A stretch of DNA of 56,385 bases, the filler included, from Sphacelaria rigidula (Eukaryota): NCBI GenBank assembly GCA_964200075.2. It is 7 parts of 7 records of this genome, joined end to end, with 100 filler letters (N's around TTAATTAATTAA, not from the genome) between each part and the next. Parts side by side here need not be neighbours in the genome. Positions count along the whole stretch, not along the records: positions 1 to 7,970 come from CAXNAA020012800.1; positions 8,071 to 16,040 come from CAXNAA020012801.1; 5 more parts are not named here. One strand, given 5' to 3'. Below, piece by piece: positions 1 to 10,715 of the stretch (positions within the stretch are counted from its first letter, which is position 1; each line of letters begins with the position of its first letter). Below the pieces are notes generated by a model. It worked only from the letters and a program-made list of their open reading frames with translations, was not told where the DNA came from and did no database searches. Position numbers and translations under genes: made by a program.

Positions 1-46
1 GAAAATCAAATCGGACACCGTTAAGGGCTCGTATAAACATAACCGA

Positions 47-69
47 CCAGACTTATGGGACAGAGGAAG
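47..69. mobile_element. Right TIR of a Stowaway/mariner-like MITE, truncated by the contig start
   Basis: CCAGACTTATGGGACAGAGGAAG followed by TA is the reverse complement of the TIR at 10112 with one mismatch. It abuts a (TA)n tract. Confidence 0.7.
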
Positions 70-355
70 TATATATATATATATATATCAAGGGTCTGGC
101 GAAGTAATGACTCGTCTGAAAATTACCTGATTTCAGTGTAGTTGATTCGTTCCGTATTAATCAATCCTTAGGCCTTGTTTTCAGCGTTGCAACCCAGGTA
201 CGCTCACCCTAGGCACGTGAAATGGCGCAAAACTTGCGTGGAGTCTTTTTTCATGAGCAGTCAACTCTTTTCTCTCTTAAGAGCAATCAACCCTCGAAAA
301 TCGTGGATTTGGTGATTTGAACCGGCGATGATTCGTCCGAACCTTGATATATATA

Positions 356-2129
356 TATAAGTATATGTTACCCCTTCCGGAACCGATCCTACCATGGTAA
401 AAGTCCCTGCAGCAAGCAACCCTTCGAACACTGAATTCATAGCCCCCTTCAAAGGTCAGCATATGCAGAGGCGCGGGCCTCGGCAATCGTTGTGGCTAAC
501 TCTTTGGCATATTCAGCAGGTATCTCGCTCGGCTTCTTCAACGTTCTCTACTCAGAAACCAGCGTGCGCAAGGTTTAATCCCCGTTGATGGGCCCCAGCG
601 AAGTTAGCAAATCGGTCGCTTGTTGCTGGTTCAGCGCCCGAGTTTGTGCTCGAATCCTGCCCTCCCTGCGTTCTTGATCGTCACGCGGACCTACGTTGTA
701 CGCCTCGAGCTGTCTCAGCGCGTTGCGTGTATGTGCTGGCACATCCTCTCGATGACGCATAACGTCGCATCTGTTGCTGGAGAATGATGCGGGTGCTGAT
801 GACGTACCGCTGGAAGATAATGGCGGCGCAGACACTGATCGATCGTCGAGAGATGACGAGGGCGATGTTGATGATGATGGTGATGGAGCGTTCAGCGGGA
901 GTGAAAAATCGAGAACTAGCCGCCTGCTCGCCGTCTCCGCTGGTTATTGACTGCCCTCCACTCCCCGGGACGGTAGTTGTACGTGAGGAATTCCTCCTTC
1001 TGTCAGCGGCCACACTTCCGCAAACTCATCGTCGCAGGGCTCGCCCCCCCCTCCCATTCCCGCTGTCGTCAGTGATTGCGGGGGCGGGAGAGACTGCGTC
1101 GATGCTTCCCACGTACGTGATGTTTCGGGTCTCGTTCATTTGCCCTCCCCGCGTCAGCACACGGAAAAAATCGCGCGGATACTCGCGCGAAGGTTCGAGA
1201 TAGGAACAACTCCCCGCTATAGGCAGTAAAGCGGAGGGCCATTTCCATCGGCAATAGGTCGGCTTGAGGAAGGGATGTACATTGAACGGCATAGACGCCC
1301 CGAACCACATTTCGTTGGGTGATTTGTTGTCCGGGTTGGAGATCGAAGCGGTGCAGCTGAACTGTTCACATGCCCAATGCAGCACCTCAGCCCACAACTT
1401 TTCGGTCTTCGGTAGCTGAACATGACCTAACGATATATTCGCCTGAAATTCTCGCCGCCATTGTCGTCGCTTCAGTGATTCCTAAAGCGCGCTCTGCAGC
1501 GCCGTCGAAGTGAGGACTATTGGCGGGGGTAAGTTCTTGCTTAATCAACAGCTTGTCACATACTGTTCTGAATTTTTCTCCGAAAAAATCTCGCCCGTTA
1601 TCAGATCTCCCTATCTGTACTACCGAAGTAAATCCGTCAGCTCGCACACCTGCGAGGAAACGATCGAAAGCCTGATCAGAATCAGCCTTACGTGTCAAGA
1701 AATACGGCCAGGATGATCTGCTATAACCGTTCTTGATGATCATTGGATACTGCCTACTAGGTCTACGAAAACTCTATCCAGCTTGGTTTGGGCTCTATTT
1801 TCAGTCTGATGAGTGATACTTTTCATGCATCCCTTTGCCATCGAGCACCCAGTGCATGCGTGCATGTCTTCTTCAAGTGTAATACCTGAATGTCTAGCGC
1901 TATGCCTCAACAGCTGTTCATGAGCATGACCGTAGGTGTGGTGAAACAAATTGATATCCATACTTGTGACAGGGGCAGGGTTCGGTGGAATAATTACTGG
2001 TGATGCAGAAGCATCAAATTGCTCCCCTAATCGACATGCTATGGCCACTAACATATCATCCTGGTTAGCAAACGCCAAAAGTTCATTAATGCGGTCATTA
2101 TACCATCCGGACATCCCAACCGTTCCCAA
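356..2129 (-). mobile_element. Degenerate Ty1/Copia pol fragment (GAG-pre-integrase, integrase core, linker, start of RT)
   Basis: Successive frameshifted ORFs: HHTYGH...CTGCSMAKG...RVFVDLVG (HHCC zinc motif and first catalytic D), RSDNGRDF...PANSPHFDGAAERALG (integrase D,D35E region), LWAEVLHWACEQF...NKSPNEMWFG, then KGAMNSVFEGLLAAGTF (Copia RT N-terminus). Integrase precedes RT, the Copia order. It ends at a (TA)n run. Confidence 0.9.
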
Positions 2130-2929
2130 CTCTCAACGTCGAATTCCGCACGAGGCGAGATCAGGAGCATGCAGTACATCTTTCAGCTCTTCTACATACT
2201 CGTTCTCCTCTGTCATGAAAACTGCTTACTGTCAGATTACCCTTCAGCGAACCATCACATGTTTTACCCCCGATCCCACGAATATTAAATGATACCGGGG
2301 TATGACCTCTTATGCATCGCAATGAATCAGTCAAATGATAGGGAGCACCAGTGTCACGATACCACTATTGACAGAAAGGCCTAGAAACATAAGCGATCGA
2401 TGATTTGAAGCTTGAGAGCTCACCACTGTCTGTCTTCGACTCTGCTCGTTCTTCCTGCTCCGAAGCCCTGATTGCACGAGCGTTAACAATGTTTCCTTGA
2501 GATTGAGAGTAGCAGATTTCAAGACGAATCGTTGATTTATCCGATCCTTGACATGTTGAAACGGAGTCGAATCACGATTTCATTCGTCCGACCAGTGAAA
2601 CACTATCCCCTCCACGTATCATACATCAATATATGATATGGCGGCCAATCGACGCACACGATTAATCGTGGAAAAGATTACACCCGCGGACGAGGGCGAA
2701 AGCCCGATCGTTATTAGACCGTTGTCAAGTGGATAAACACCTGTATAGCGCCCTTGGTAACCAGTAACGGCAAAATACTAGTATTGGTACCAATTACCCA
2801 CACGATACATGTACTCTTTCGAGAACATCGGTACCAATACACGAACCCCCCACTCATGCCAGAGGAGAATCCCCACCTGGCAGCACCCGCGACGGCGCTC
2901 TCTCGGACACCCCCCCCCCCCCACGTCTG

Positions 2930-3043
2930 GAGAGCCTGGTCCGGCGGAAACCCGGCGTGCTCCGTCCCGGCTTTGTAGGGATGTGAGGTCAATGGTCCGA
3001 TGACTATGGCATGAATGATCAGGAGAACACTCCCTCCCCCCAC
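2930..3043 (-). repeat. Partial copy of dispersed repeat family G
   Basis: The reverse complement matches the 5' part of 15493-15600, 15966-16040 and 40375-40480 (GCCATAGTC..GACCATTGACCTCRCATCCCTACAAAGCCGGGACGGAGCACGCC). Confidence 0.8.
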
Positions 3044-3493
3044 GCCTGAAGCTCAGTGGCCACCTGCTCCGATCGTTTCATCAGGGCCCTATGCCGCCAC
3101 CTCCGAGCAATGACCGTGGCCGACACTCGCCTCTTGTTGACAATGAGGGCAAAGTTTCGCCCAGTCCGCAGCATGCGGCGTGCCATGCCTGTGACCATCG
3201 TTCATTCCACAGCATAACACAGGAAAGGAAAGGCAGGACAAAGGGGGAAGGATGTTTAGATGAAAAAAAACAATGGAAAACAAGGAGTATACAGGAATGT
3301 GGGAAGCGTGGATAAGCACCCACGAAGCGAGCACAATTCTTAAATTCGAAACTTGTGTTATTTCCGTTTTGGTCTCTTTTTATGGGGGGGGGCGGGGGAC
3401 GACGGGATGTTACTGTGCCCTCGGATGATCTGGCGCATAGTGTATATACATTCGTGCGGACTGTCCAGTTATATGAATTAACACTACAAGAGA

Positions 3494-3886
3494 CAGCTTC
3501 TACGATAGCCCCCCCCCCCAAAACCAGCCTAAAACTGTCACGAAAAAAAATGGTCATACAGCGCCTGATGTTTGGTTTCAAGCTGCATGAAGCGCCTCAT
3601 ATGGGCGACATTGGCGAGAACGACCCCAAGCGTGGGAATTGCCAGCTGCCCGTTGTGCTCGGCCTTTTCCATTTCAACTTACGTGAAGACTTGCCTCCCC
3701 AAACCAGGCACTTTGGGGGGGCGGGGGGGGGGGGGGCGATCCTAGAAAGTGGAAAGAATATTATATGATTATATAAANNNNNNNNNNTTTTTTTCGCCTG
3801 TTTCAATTTCAACCTGAGGCACACTTTCCCCCCCCAACCCGGGTCTTTGTGGGGGGGGGGGGGGGGGGGGGCTATCGTAGAAAGTG
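3494..3886. mobile_element. MITE with TTCTACGATAGCCCCCCC terminal inverted repeats
   Basis: Left TTCTACGATAGCCCCCCCCC and right GGGGGGGGGCTATCGTAGAA. A degenerate second right end lies near 3730-3751, beside an internal N gap. Confidence 0.65.
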
Positions 3887-4696
3887 TCAAGAATATGTCA
3901 TGATCATATCAATCGAGACCATGGTCAACATCGCCCGCCCCAACCTGTAGTGCAGACCCCGGCCATGAGGTAGGTACACAAGTGTACAGCACACTTTTGA
4001 TTCGCGTGATACGGTATGGACCAGGACATAAATTGTGAGACAAGTACTCAAAACATGAAATTCTACGCACACGTCTCCAGTATCAGTGCGGTATGGTATG
4101 CTCAGTCGTCAAATCATCTTGGGGGCATGCACGGCAGATAGAAAGAAATATTTTGAACGGGGGGGCGGGGGGTGAACGGGCTGCACTCTTGCGAAATGTC
4201 CAGGTGTATTGTGCACGTGTGTCCGTGCGACTGGGTCATGAGCGATACGGAGTACTGTCCTCCATCATATCAATCGAGACAGAGAGAAGCACCACCTGCG
4301 CTGACCTCTTGAAGGACCACAAGCAAGACTTGCCCCATGAATCAGGTACTTCCAACACACACACAAAAAAAATGAAGCATGCTGGAGTTCCTTGATCGAT
4401 AGCATACATACTCATTATATTAATAATGCAGGAGCAAGAAGCCCCCAACATGCAGCTTCGAAGAAAAAATATGTGAAAACGTTGACAAGAACATTCGGGG
4501 ACCAGAATCCGAACTCTAGATAATGACCACCAACAGCGCAGTCTAGTTCGAGCGGGGCGAACACGTCCCAAGTATCACTACGGTATACCTTATGCGTCAT
4601 CAACGAAATAAGTACGGGTACTGAAAAACATCTGTGTGCCCCGGGAATTCCCTCGGAAACAACGAGAAGTCTGACATGAGGTCCAGAGCAATGCTA

Positions 4697-4932
4697 CGGT
4701 AGGGGTGCACTTTTTTCGGGATTTTTTTTCTGGTTCAGGGGCTCCTAACGATTCTAGACGCACAATAATATGAGTCAGGATATCCCCGTTTGCAGATTTA
4801 TTCGGGATATCCCCAGCACATTTGGAATAGTTATCCTGGCGTACTCTCGCGTATTTTCATAAGTCGTGTTTTGGGTGAGATAAAGGGCTCCTAACAATTC
4901 TAACCTCAGAAAATATTTGTGTACCCCTACCG
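4697..4932. mobile_element. Tc1/mariner-type MITE (14-bp TIR CGGTAGGGGTRCAC, TA target duplication)
   Basis: TA|CGGTAGGGGTGCAC ... GTGTACCCCTACCG|TA, with an internal direct repeat GGGCTCCTAACRATTCTA. Confidence 0.75.
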
Positions 4933-5329
4933 TAGCATCACTCTCCAAGAGCGCCATCACCGTTTTGATTGACGTATAACTCTCAACTACCACACGCCTT
5001 CATCATTTTCCATTACTCGTAGGGTTACAGTTCTACAGCTCATCCCAAAAATGGTTACTCGTGACTCGTGAGTCCAACGAGCCCGAGCCACACGATTGAT
5101 AGCCAGACTGGAACTCATGGGGATGCGTAAAATATTATCATCGTCACAGAGAGCTCAAGGCCTACAGTGACATTGAGTAGGAGAGTTACGAGTTTCACCA
5201 CACCTCGTTTGTCATACGAAGTACGCTCCCAAGTCCATATGGAGTAACAAGTCCTACACGAAGTTCGGTCTTTGGTACAAAACGTTGCGCCCAGATCTAC
5301 ACACACGACCATTTGGCTAACCCCAAAAT

Positions 5330-5593
5330 TCCTCCAGGGCGGTCAACTTTTCGCGCCTCCAGAGGAATTAAACGCCTCCAGAGCGGTACGCGGCTCTCCA
5401 GAGGAGTACTTTCTTGTTTCCTCCAGAGTGATTAAAAGCCTCCGGAGGCTTGTTTTTGCCTCGGGAGACCGCGCATCTCTCCGGAGGCATTTTACTACCC
5501 ACAAATTCCTCCAGAGGGGGTGCGTGGCCCTCCAGGGCCGCAGTGTTTGGTTTCCTCCAGAAGGGTTGAAGGCCTCCGGAGGCTTATTTTGCC
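5330..5593. repeat. Cluster of about 12 quasi-palindromic CCTCCRGAGG motifs
   Basis: The motif recurs every 18-30 bp, with one more copy at about 5901 beyond the adjacent SINE. Confidence 0.8.
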
Positions 5594-5597
5594 TTTA

Positions 5598-5886
5598 GCC
5601 GCTGCGACCCGGTGCTGTAATGGTCTGACTGTCGTCATTCGGGTGATGCGTTGGGTTTTTTATTCGTAATGTATGATTTCCATCGTGGAAAGCGTGAGAA
5701 CGTGAGCAAACAGAGTAGTCGACTGGATTTGTTTGACGTGAGTTTACGCGGTGCGGGAGTGCTGACTCGATCCGCGAGACCAAAACTTAAGGCGCGTACC
5801 GGGGTTAGATGGGTTGACCCCTTGAGACCACGGACTCATCCCGAGCAAGGGGAGGGGTTCAAAGTGCGAGAAAAAAGAAAAAAAAA
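5598..5886 (+). mobile_element. tRNA-derived SINE family A (B-box region deleted)
   Basis: Colinear with 13825-14132. It has an A-box-like GGTGCTGTAATGG and an A-rich tail. Confidence 0.75.
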
Positions 5887-6336
5887 GAGGGCCGAGCATC
5901 CCTCCGGAGGCATTTGGGGGGGTAGCCAAATGGCCGCGTTTGTACTGCTTACGTTTTAAGCTCAAATCCCTGCAGAAGAATCGCATGCACGAACTACCGG
6001 CCATGCAGCACTGTGACCTCAACAACCTGCCTCGTGAGTCCACTCCCTGTATCGTGCGGTACCCTCTTGATTACTGGTTGCCATCAAACTACACGATATC
6101 CATGCAGAAACCAGCAGATCAAACATGAAATTCCCGAGAAAATTTTGAGCCAGTAGCTGCGGTATGCTCGGAGACGGGCGTACTTCGATTTCTGGGCGAC
6201 CACTATTTTTCCCTTCCTCCCTTATTGTGTTCGCTCTCGTTTTTCTCTCCTCAGCTTGCTCCGTTTGTTCTGTCCTCCCTTTTACTTTCTTTGCCTTCTT
6301 CTGTCTAGGCCGAGTTGAAGGTCTTTAATGTAAAGA

Positions 6337-6447
6337 CAACAACAACGACAGCAACGTCAACAACAACGACAACAACAACAACAACGACGACGACAACAAC
6401 AACAACATCAACATCAACATCAACAACATCAACAGCAACAACAACAA
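6337..6447. repeat. Imperfect (CAA)n microsatellite
   Basis: CAA/CGA/CAT triplet run. Confidence 0.95.
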
Positions 6448-6493
6448 GCTGCTAGTGCTTCCCGTTCTGTTTTACCTTGGGCATGCCTATATT

Positions 6494-6637
6494 GCACACC
6501 CTAGACAAAAGAGTACACTGTCAAAACGTGTACTGAGTACAGTATCGACTATTGCGTCTATTGCAACATAGGCAATAGATTCCATACTGTACGCAGTACA
6601 CTTGTCAACAAGGTATAATCTACTGTCCAGGGTGTGC
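6494..6637. mobile_element. Palindromic MITE of about 140 bp (GCACACCCTRGACA termini)
   Basis: Ends GCACACCCTAGACA and TGTCCAGGGTGTGC, with inner arms GTGTACTGAGTACAGTAT and ATACTGTACGCAGTACAC. A second copy lies at 13720-14175. Confidence 0.75.
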
Positions 6638-6917
6638 TATGTTGCCACCACGGCTGGATCCCTCGGGGATGAATCAGTAAATGTTCAACAATCGATCAGC
6701 CACTAGGCAATCAAACAACGACACCTGCGAAAAATATTTGGGCTCATGCACATCTGTCCTATTTCTCACTCCTCGTACGCAGCAAATGTATGAGCAGCTC
6801 CCCCCCGCGGACACCAATGTACGGGCGCCAATCTCTCCTACGGTACCAATTTTGACCTCCGAAAAAAATGAAGTTCTCGCACTCTCAATGATGACAACAT
6901 TTACGTGAAGAAAAGGG

Positions 6918-7165
6918 GTGTGTGTGTTGTTGCCCTTACACACAGTGTTGTCGTCCCACTTACTCTGGACGCCGGTCTATACCTTCCGGTATATGCGGGC
7001 GCACCAGCCGGGGTCACACAGGAGGAAGGTCAACACAGGAGTTTTTTATTTCTTGTTTGTATTGAGTACTCGCCACCTTTCTTCTGCGGTGCTTGCCTTT
7101 TATTTTTCTATCCCGAGAGGAGTTCAGCAGTCCCTTTCTTTTGTCGACCGTTAAGTCGAATTTTT
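6918..7165 (-). mobile_element. tRNA-derived SINE family B, 5'-truncated
   Basis: The reverse complement matches the body and CA/CAA tail of 16533-16862. Confidence 0.8.
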
Positions 7166-7818
7166 ATATCGATCACACTCTTCAGCCCGTCTTGACGAAA
7201 CTTGTATTCTCAAGTAGGTAAATACTAGCCTTCGTGTGGGTTCTCAACAAGTGATCAGCGCCAGCGGCACCCACCATAAGTCTGGCATCACCGCGTCAAT
7301 CGAGCTAAAAACAATCACGAACAGCAGTCCGCCCTGACGGGCAGACCGCAGTCGAGGTTTTCGCCCCATGCACCACGGTCCTTCCTCCAACACGGTGAGT
7401 AAGTCTACCTCCTCGTGGTTGCTTTTGACAGGGTGCCACGGTATCAATCAATCGATCAAGAAAAAACAAAATAATGAAAAAAAATCCCGAAATAGCTTCA
7501 TGTGCAAAAATATGGAATGTACCCTCGGAAGACGACAAATATTTCGAGTTCTGGTTGGAAATGACACACAGAGAGAAACATTTCTCGAGAACAGCAGACA
7601 GAAAATTAGAAGAAACATAACGAAGAAATGCAGCGAATGTGAAGAATACATTATTGATTTTGATTGATTGATAGTCGCACTTTAACCGACCCCCTAGGGG
7701 TCCAGCCGTGGTCTCTGATAGACGTACCCAAAAAAAGCGGAAGTGAAACACGCTCTGGGGAAAAGAAGGAACATAAAAAAAAGGGGGGTCGAACAGAACG
7801 ACATAGTAGACTAAATCG

Positions 7819-7819
7819 T

Positions 7820-7870
<51 letters not shown>

Positions 7871-7970
7871 AATAATAATAATAATGATAATAATAATAAT
7901 AATAATGATGATAATAATAATGATAATTATAATTATAATAATAATGATGATGATGATAATAATAATAATA
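7819..7970. repeat. (AAC)n/(AAT)n microsatellite at the contig end
   Basis: Directly visible. Confidence 0.97.
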
Positions 7971-8070
7971 NNNNNNNNNNNNNNNNNNNNNNNNNNNNNN
8001 NNNNNNNNNNNNNNTTAATTAATTAANNNNNNNNNNNNNNNNNNNNNNNNNNNNNNNNNNNNNNNNNNNN
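7971..8070. other. Artificial contig linker (44N-TTAATTAATTAA-44N)
   Basis: An identical 100-bp spacer with stops in all six frames recurs about every 8.07 kb. Confidence 0.98.
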
Positions 8071-8337
8071 ACAGTGGAGAGCGACTATGTCGTGGGTAAA
8101 CAAAAATCGACTTGACGGTGGACGAGTGAAAGGGACTGCTGAACCCCTCTGGCGATAAAAAATAAAGGCAAGCACCGCAGAAGGAACGGGGGGATTAACA
8201 ACAAATAAAAAAGAAAAAGCTCCTGTGTTGACCTTCCTCCTGTGTGACGCCCGCTGATGCGCCCACACATGCCCACATATACCGGAAAATGTAGACTGGT
8301 GCCCAGAATAAATGGGACGAGGACACACAACACACAC
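8071..8337 (+). mobile_element. tRNA-derived SINE family B, 5' end cut by the contig edge
   Basis: Matches the body of 16533-16862 (CGACTTGACGGT..GAAAGGGACTGCTGAACCCCTCTGGCGAT..GTGTTGACCTTCCTCCTGTGT) and has the CACACAA tail. Confidence 0.85.
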
Positions 8338-9721
8338 CTGCTTCTACATAGTACTTTCTCCGGTTCTCCACCCGAGGGTTCAGGCATAACTAGTTGCGCG
8401 AAAGTTTCGGTCGAGATTTTTCATACGGAATTAGTTTCGCGAAGTTTACAACCGGAAAATTGTCTACGAATATCTAGCTGTCAAGGTTTCTCCTCCACTA
8501 AAATAGTCGGCGACTAGTGACAAAGGTTCCTTGGACAGTGGTTGTCTACAGGCAACCAGTGCCCAGGTTCATCATCTACTGGTTGTCTGCCCGCGACTGG
8601 TTGTACGACATTTTCATCCCAGAGTCATATGAATGGAAGTACGACTTGGTTGTAGTTATGAAAGGGGGTAGAAGTTTTCACGTATAGGGTGAGTCGTGAT
8701 TCGTATGGGTTGAATCCTTACGGTGATCGAGTGGGAATAACGTGTCAGAGAGTTGTTCCGTATGGATCACAGATGGGGAAAACCTACGTCCGAAGCGCGA
8801 ATCACGGGTGGGAAACGAGAACCAATACTCGTTCTTGTAGTAATCGTCCGAATTGATTTGTTCAAGCGAAAAAGTCACACTATACGCATAACGCTGGCAT
8901 TCTGTAACTCACTCCATAACCCTTTTGGAACCCTCTCACGATTTCTGTTTTCGTGAATCGGCATCATTTTCAATCATTTTCAAGTCAGCATGATGCCGAT
9001 TCACAAAGATAAAAATCGTCAGTAAATTCCAAGATGGTTGAACTCTACCTTAAATAGCACAGTACCAGCTTTTCTTCCACATAGTCCCATCGTAAAGGCA
9101 TACTTCCGATGTCGCGATTTAGCTCCTTCAAAAGAGACTCTTGTCGGGGCATAAAAAAGTGAACAAGTGATCACCACATGGGGCTGAAAATCTGACACGC
9201 ACCTCCGCGAAATTTGTCTTGAAGACTTCTCACCTCTGCATCAACACTGGTACAGATTCCCATCACCATGCGATGCAATGAGAGCTAAAATCGGCCACTA
9301 CCAACAGCCCCCCCTCCCCCTGCGACTATGGCATGCATGATCATGAGTGCACCCCTCCCCCCCCGTAGTCCCCGGAGGCTAATGCGACAGGAGTAATTGT
9401 GCACTCTGGCGATATCAAACAGCCTAGGTGCAGTGATTCAGAGTTCACGTGGACTGTTGAATTCCCATATCCTCGCCTCCTCATCTAATTGGTACGTTTA
9501 CCGCCAATTGAAGCACTACTAATCTACTGGTCGCCACACCAATCAGCGATCCATGTAGTGGTTTGAAAGCTGGACCCCTTCGCCCTTCCCGTTGCCTCAT
9601 CAACACGCTGTGTAAAAGACTGGTGGGGTCGTTGTCAGCTTGATTTATTCCACACGAGTAACGGGTCGGAAAATATATAGTTTCAGTCGTGCCGTAAGTC
9701 ACCACCAGCCGGGATAATATA

Positions 9722-10013
9722 CGCGCGATTCATGCCGCATCAATGATGGGCGAGAAGTATGTAGGTATGATTTATGACGCATGAATCACAGGCGTGAAAG
9801 ATGTACGCTTGATTCATGCTGTATGCGTCACAAGTGTGGAAAAAAACGCGCGTTTGATTCATGCCGTATGGATCGATGGCGAGGAAAATGTATGTTTCAT
9901 TCATACCGTGTTGAGCGATGGGGGAAATATATCGTCGTATTTATCACGGGTGGATGTACGTGCAAAGCGTTCTGCTGTATGGATGAATCGCAATGGAAAA
10001 GAAAATGCACCGT
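9722..10013. repeat. Degenerate minisatellite of 42-45 bp units (core TGATTCATGCYGTATG)
   Basis: Five to six imperfect units, each starting (T)GATTCATG-like and ending in a purine-rich stretch followed by ATGTA or ACGCG. Confidence 0.65.
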
Positions 10014-10111
10014 TCGAAATAGAACCGCGCGACAATCACGAGTCCAAGGGGTGTACAAAACCACAATTATTCCTTGTAAGGATCGCATGATCGATTCGTG
10101 CAAAAGTTGTA

Positions 10112-10715
10112 CTTCCTCTGTCTCATAAGTCTGGGAACTCATGTGTGTGCAACCCCCTAACGGTGTGATATCTGATTTTCGATCATTTTATTGCATTCGT
10201 CGGCGTTTTTTGAGCTGAAAAAAATCAATCTTTCCATAACGTGGGTGCTTGATCCATGCAGCCGCGCGGCCGAGAAAAAGTAGGTCGGTCCAAAAACGGC
10301 CATTTTTCGCTCGTTTTCCCAGGAAAGCATGAGAGACCCGGGAACACGAAAAATCGCGAAAATTTGCCAGAAAAATGTGAAAATCGCGAAACCACCAATT
10401 ATTTTGGACATCCCCGTGATGTTTACCTACGCACCCCTCATCCAACCTCTGTTAGCATGTAATTGCTAGTGCTCGACCTGAAAACGTCCGAAATCAGTCA
10501 ATGATGGGGGTATAAATGGGTCAAAAAGAGTCAAAATAGGGTATATTTCGACACAATTTTAGTAATGAAATCATTTTTTTTTCGATTTTTTTTTCTTCAT
10601 CAGCTTGGTCTGCGCTTCACCTCTCCAACGAAGCCAACCATAGGATGATCGTCAACGTTTGAACACCCAAACGATCAAATACCCATAAGTTCCCAGACTT
10701 GTGGGACAGGGAAAG
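10112..10715. mobile_element. Stowaway-like (mariner-derived) MITE, 604 bp, about 35-bp TIR, TA target duplication
   Basis: TA|CTTCCTCTGTCTCATAAGTCTGGGAACTCATG ... CATAAGTTCCCAGACTTGTGGGACAGGGAAAG|TA. No coding capacity is evident. Confidence 0.85.

Noticed and set aside
8015..8026. Recurrent TTAATTAATTAA palindrome as a biological motif
   Set aside because: It is always centred in N runs and is an assembly linker.
7651..8026. Poly-Asn and poly-Leu ORFs, and the SAVQC/AQHST repeat ORFs at 33098 and 37192
   Set aside because: They are translations of microsatellites.
9722..10013. CRISPR array
   Set aside because: The repeats are degenerate, the spacers are mutually similar, there are no cas genes and the context is eukaryotic.
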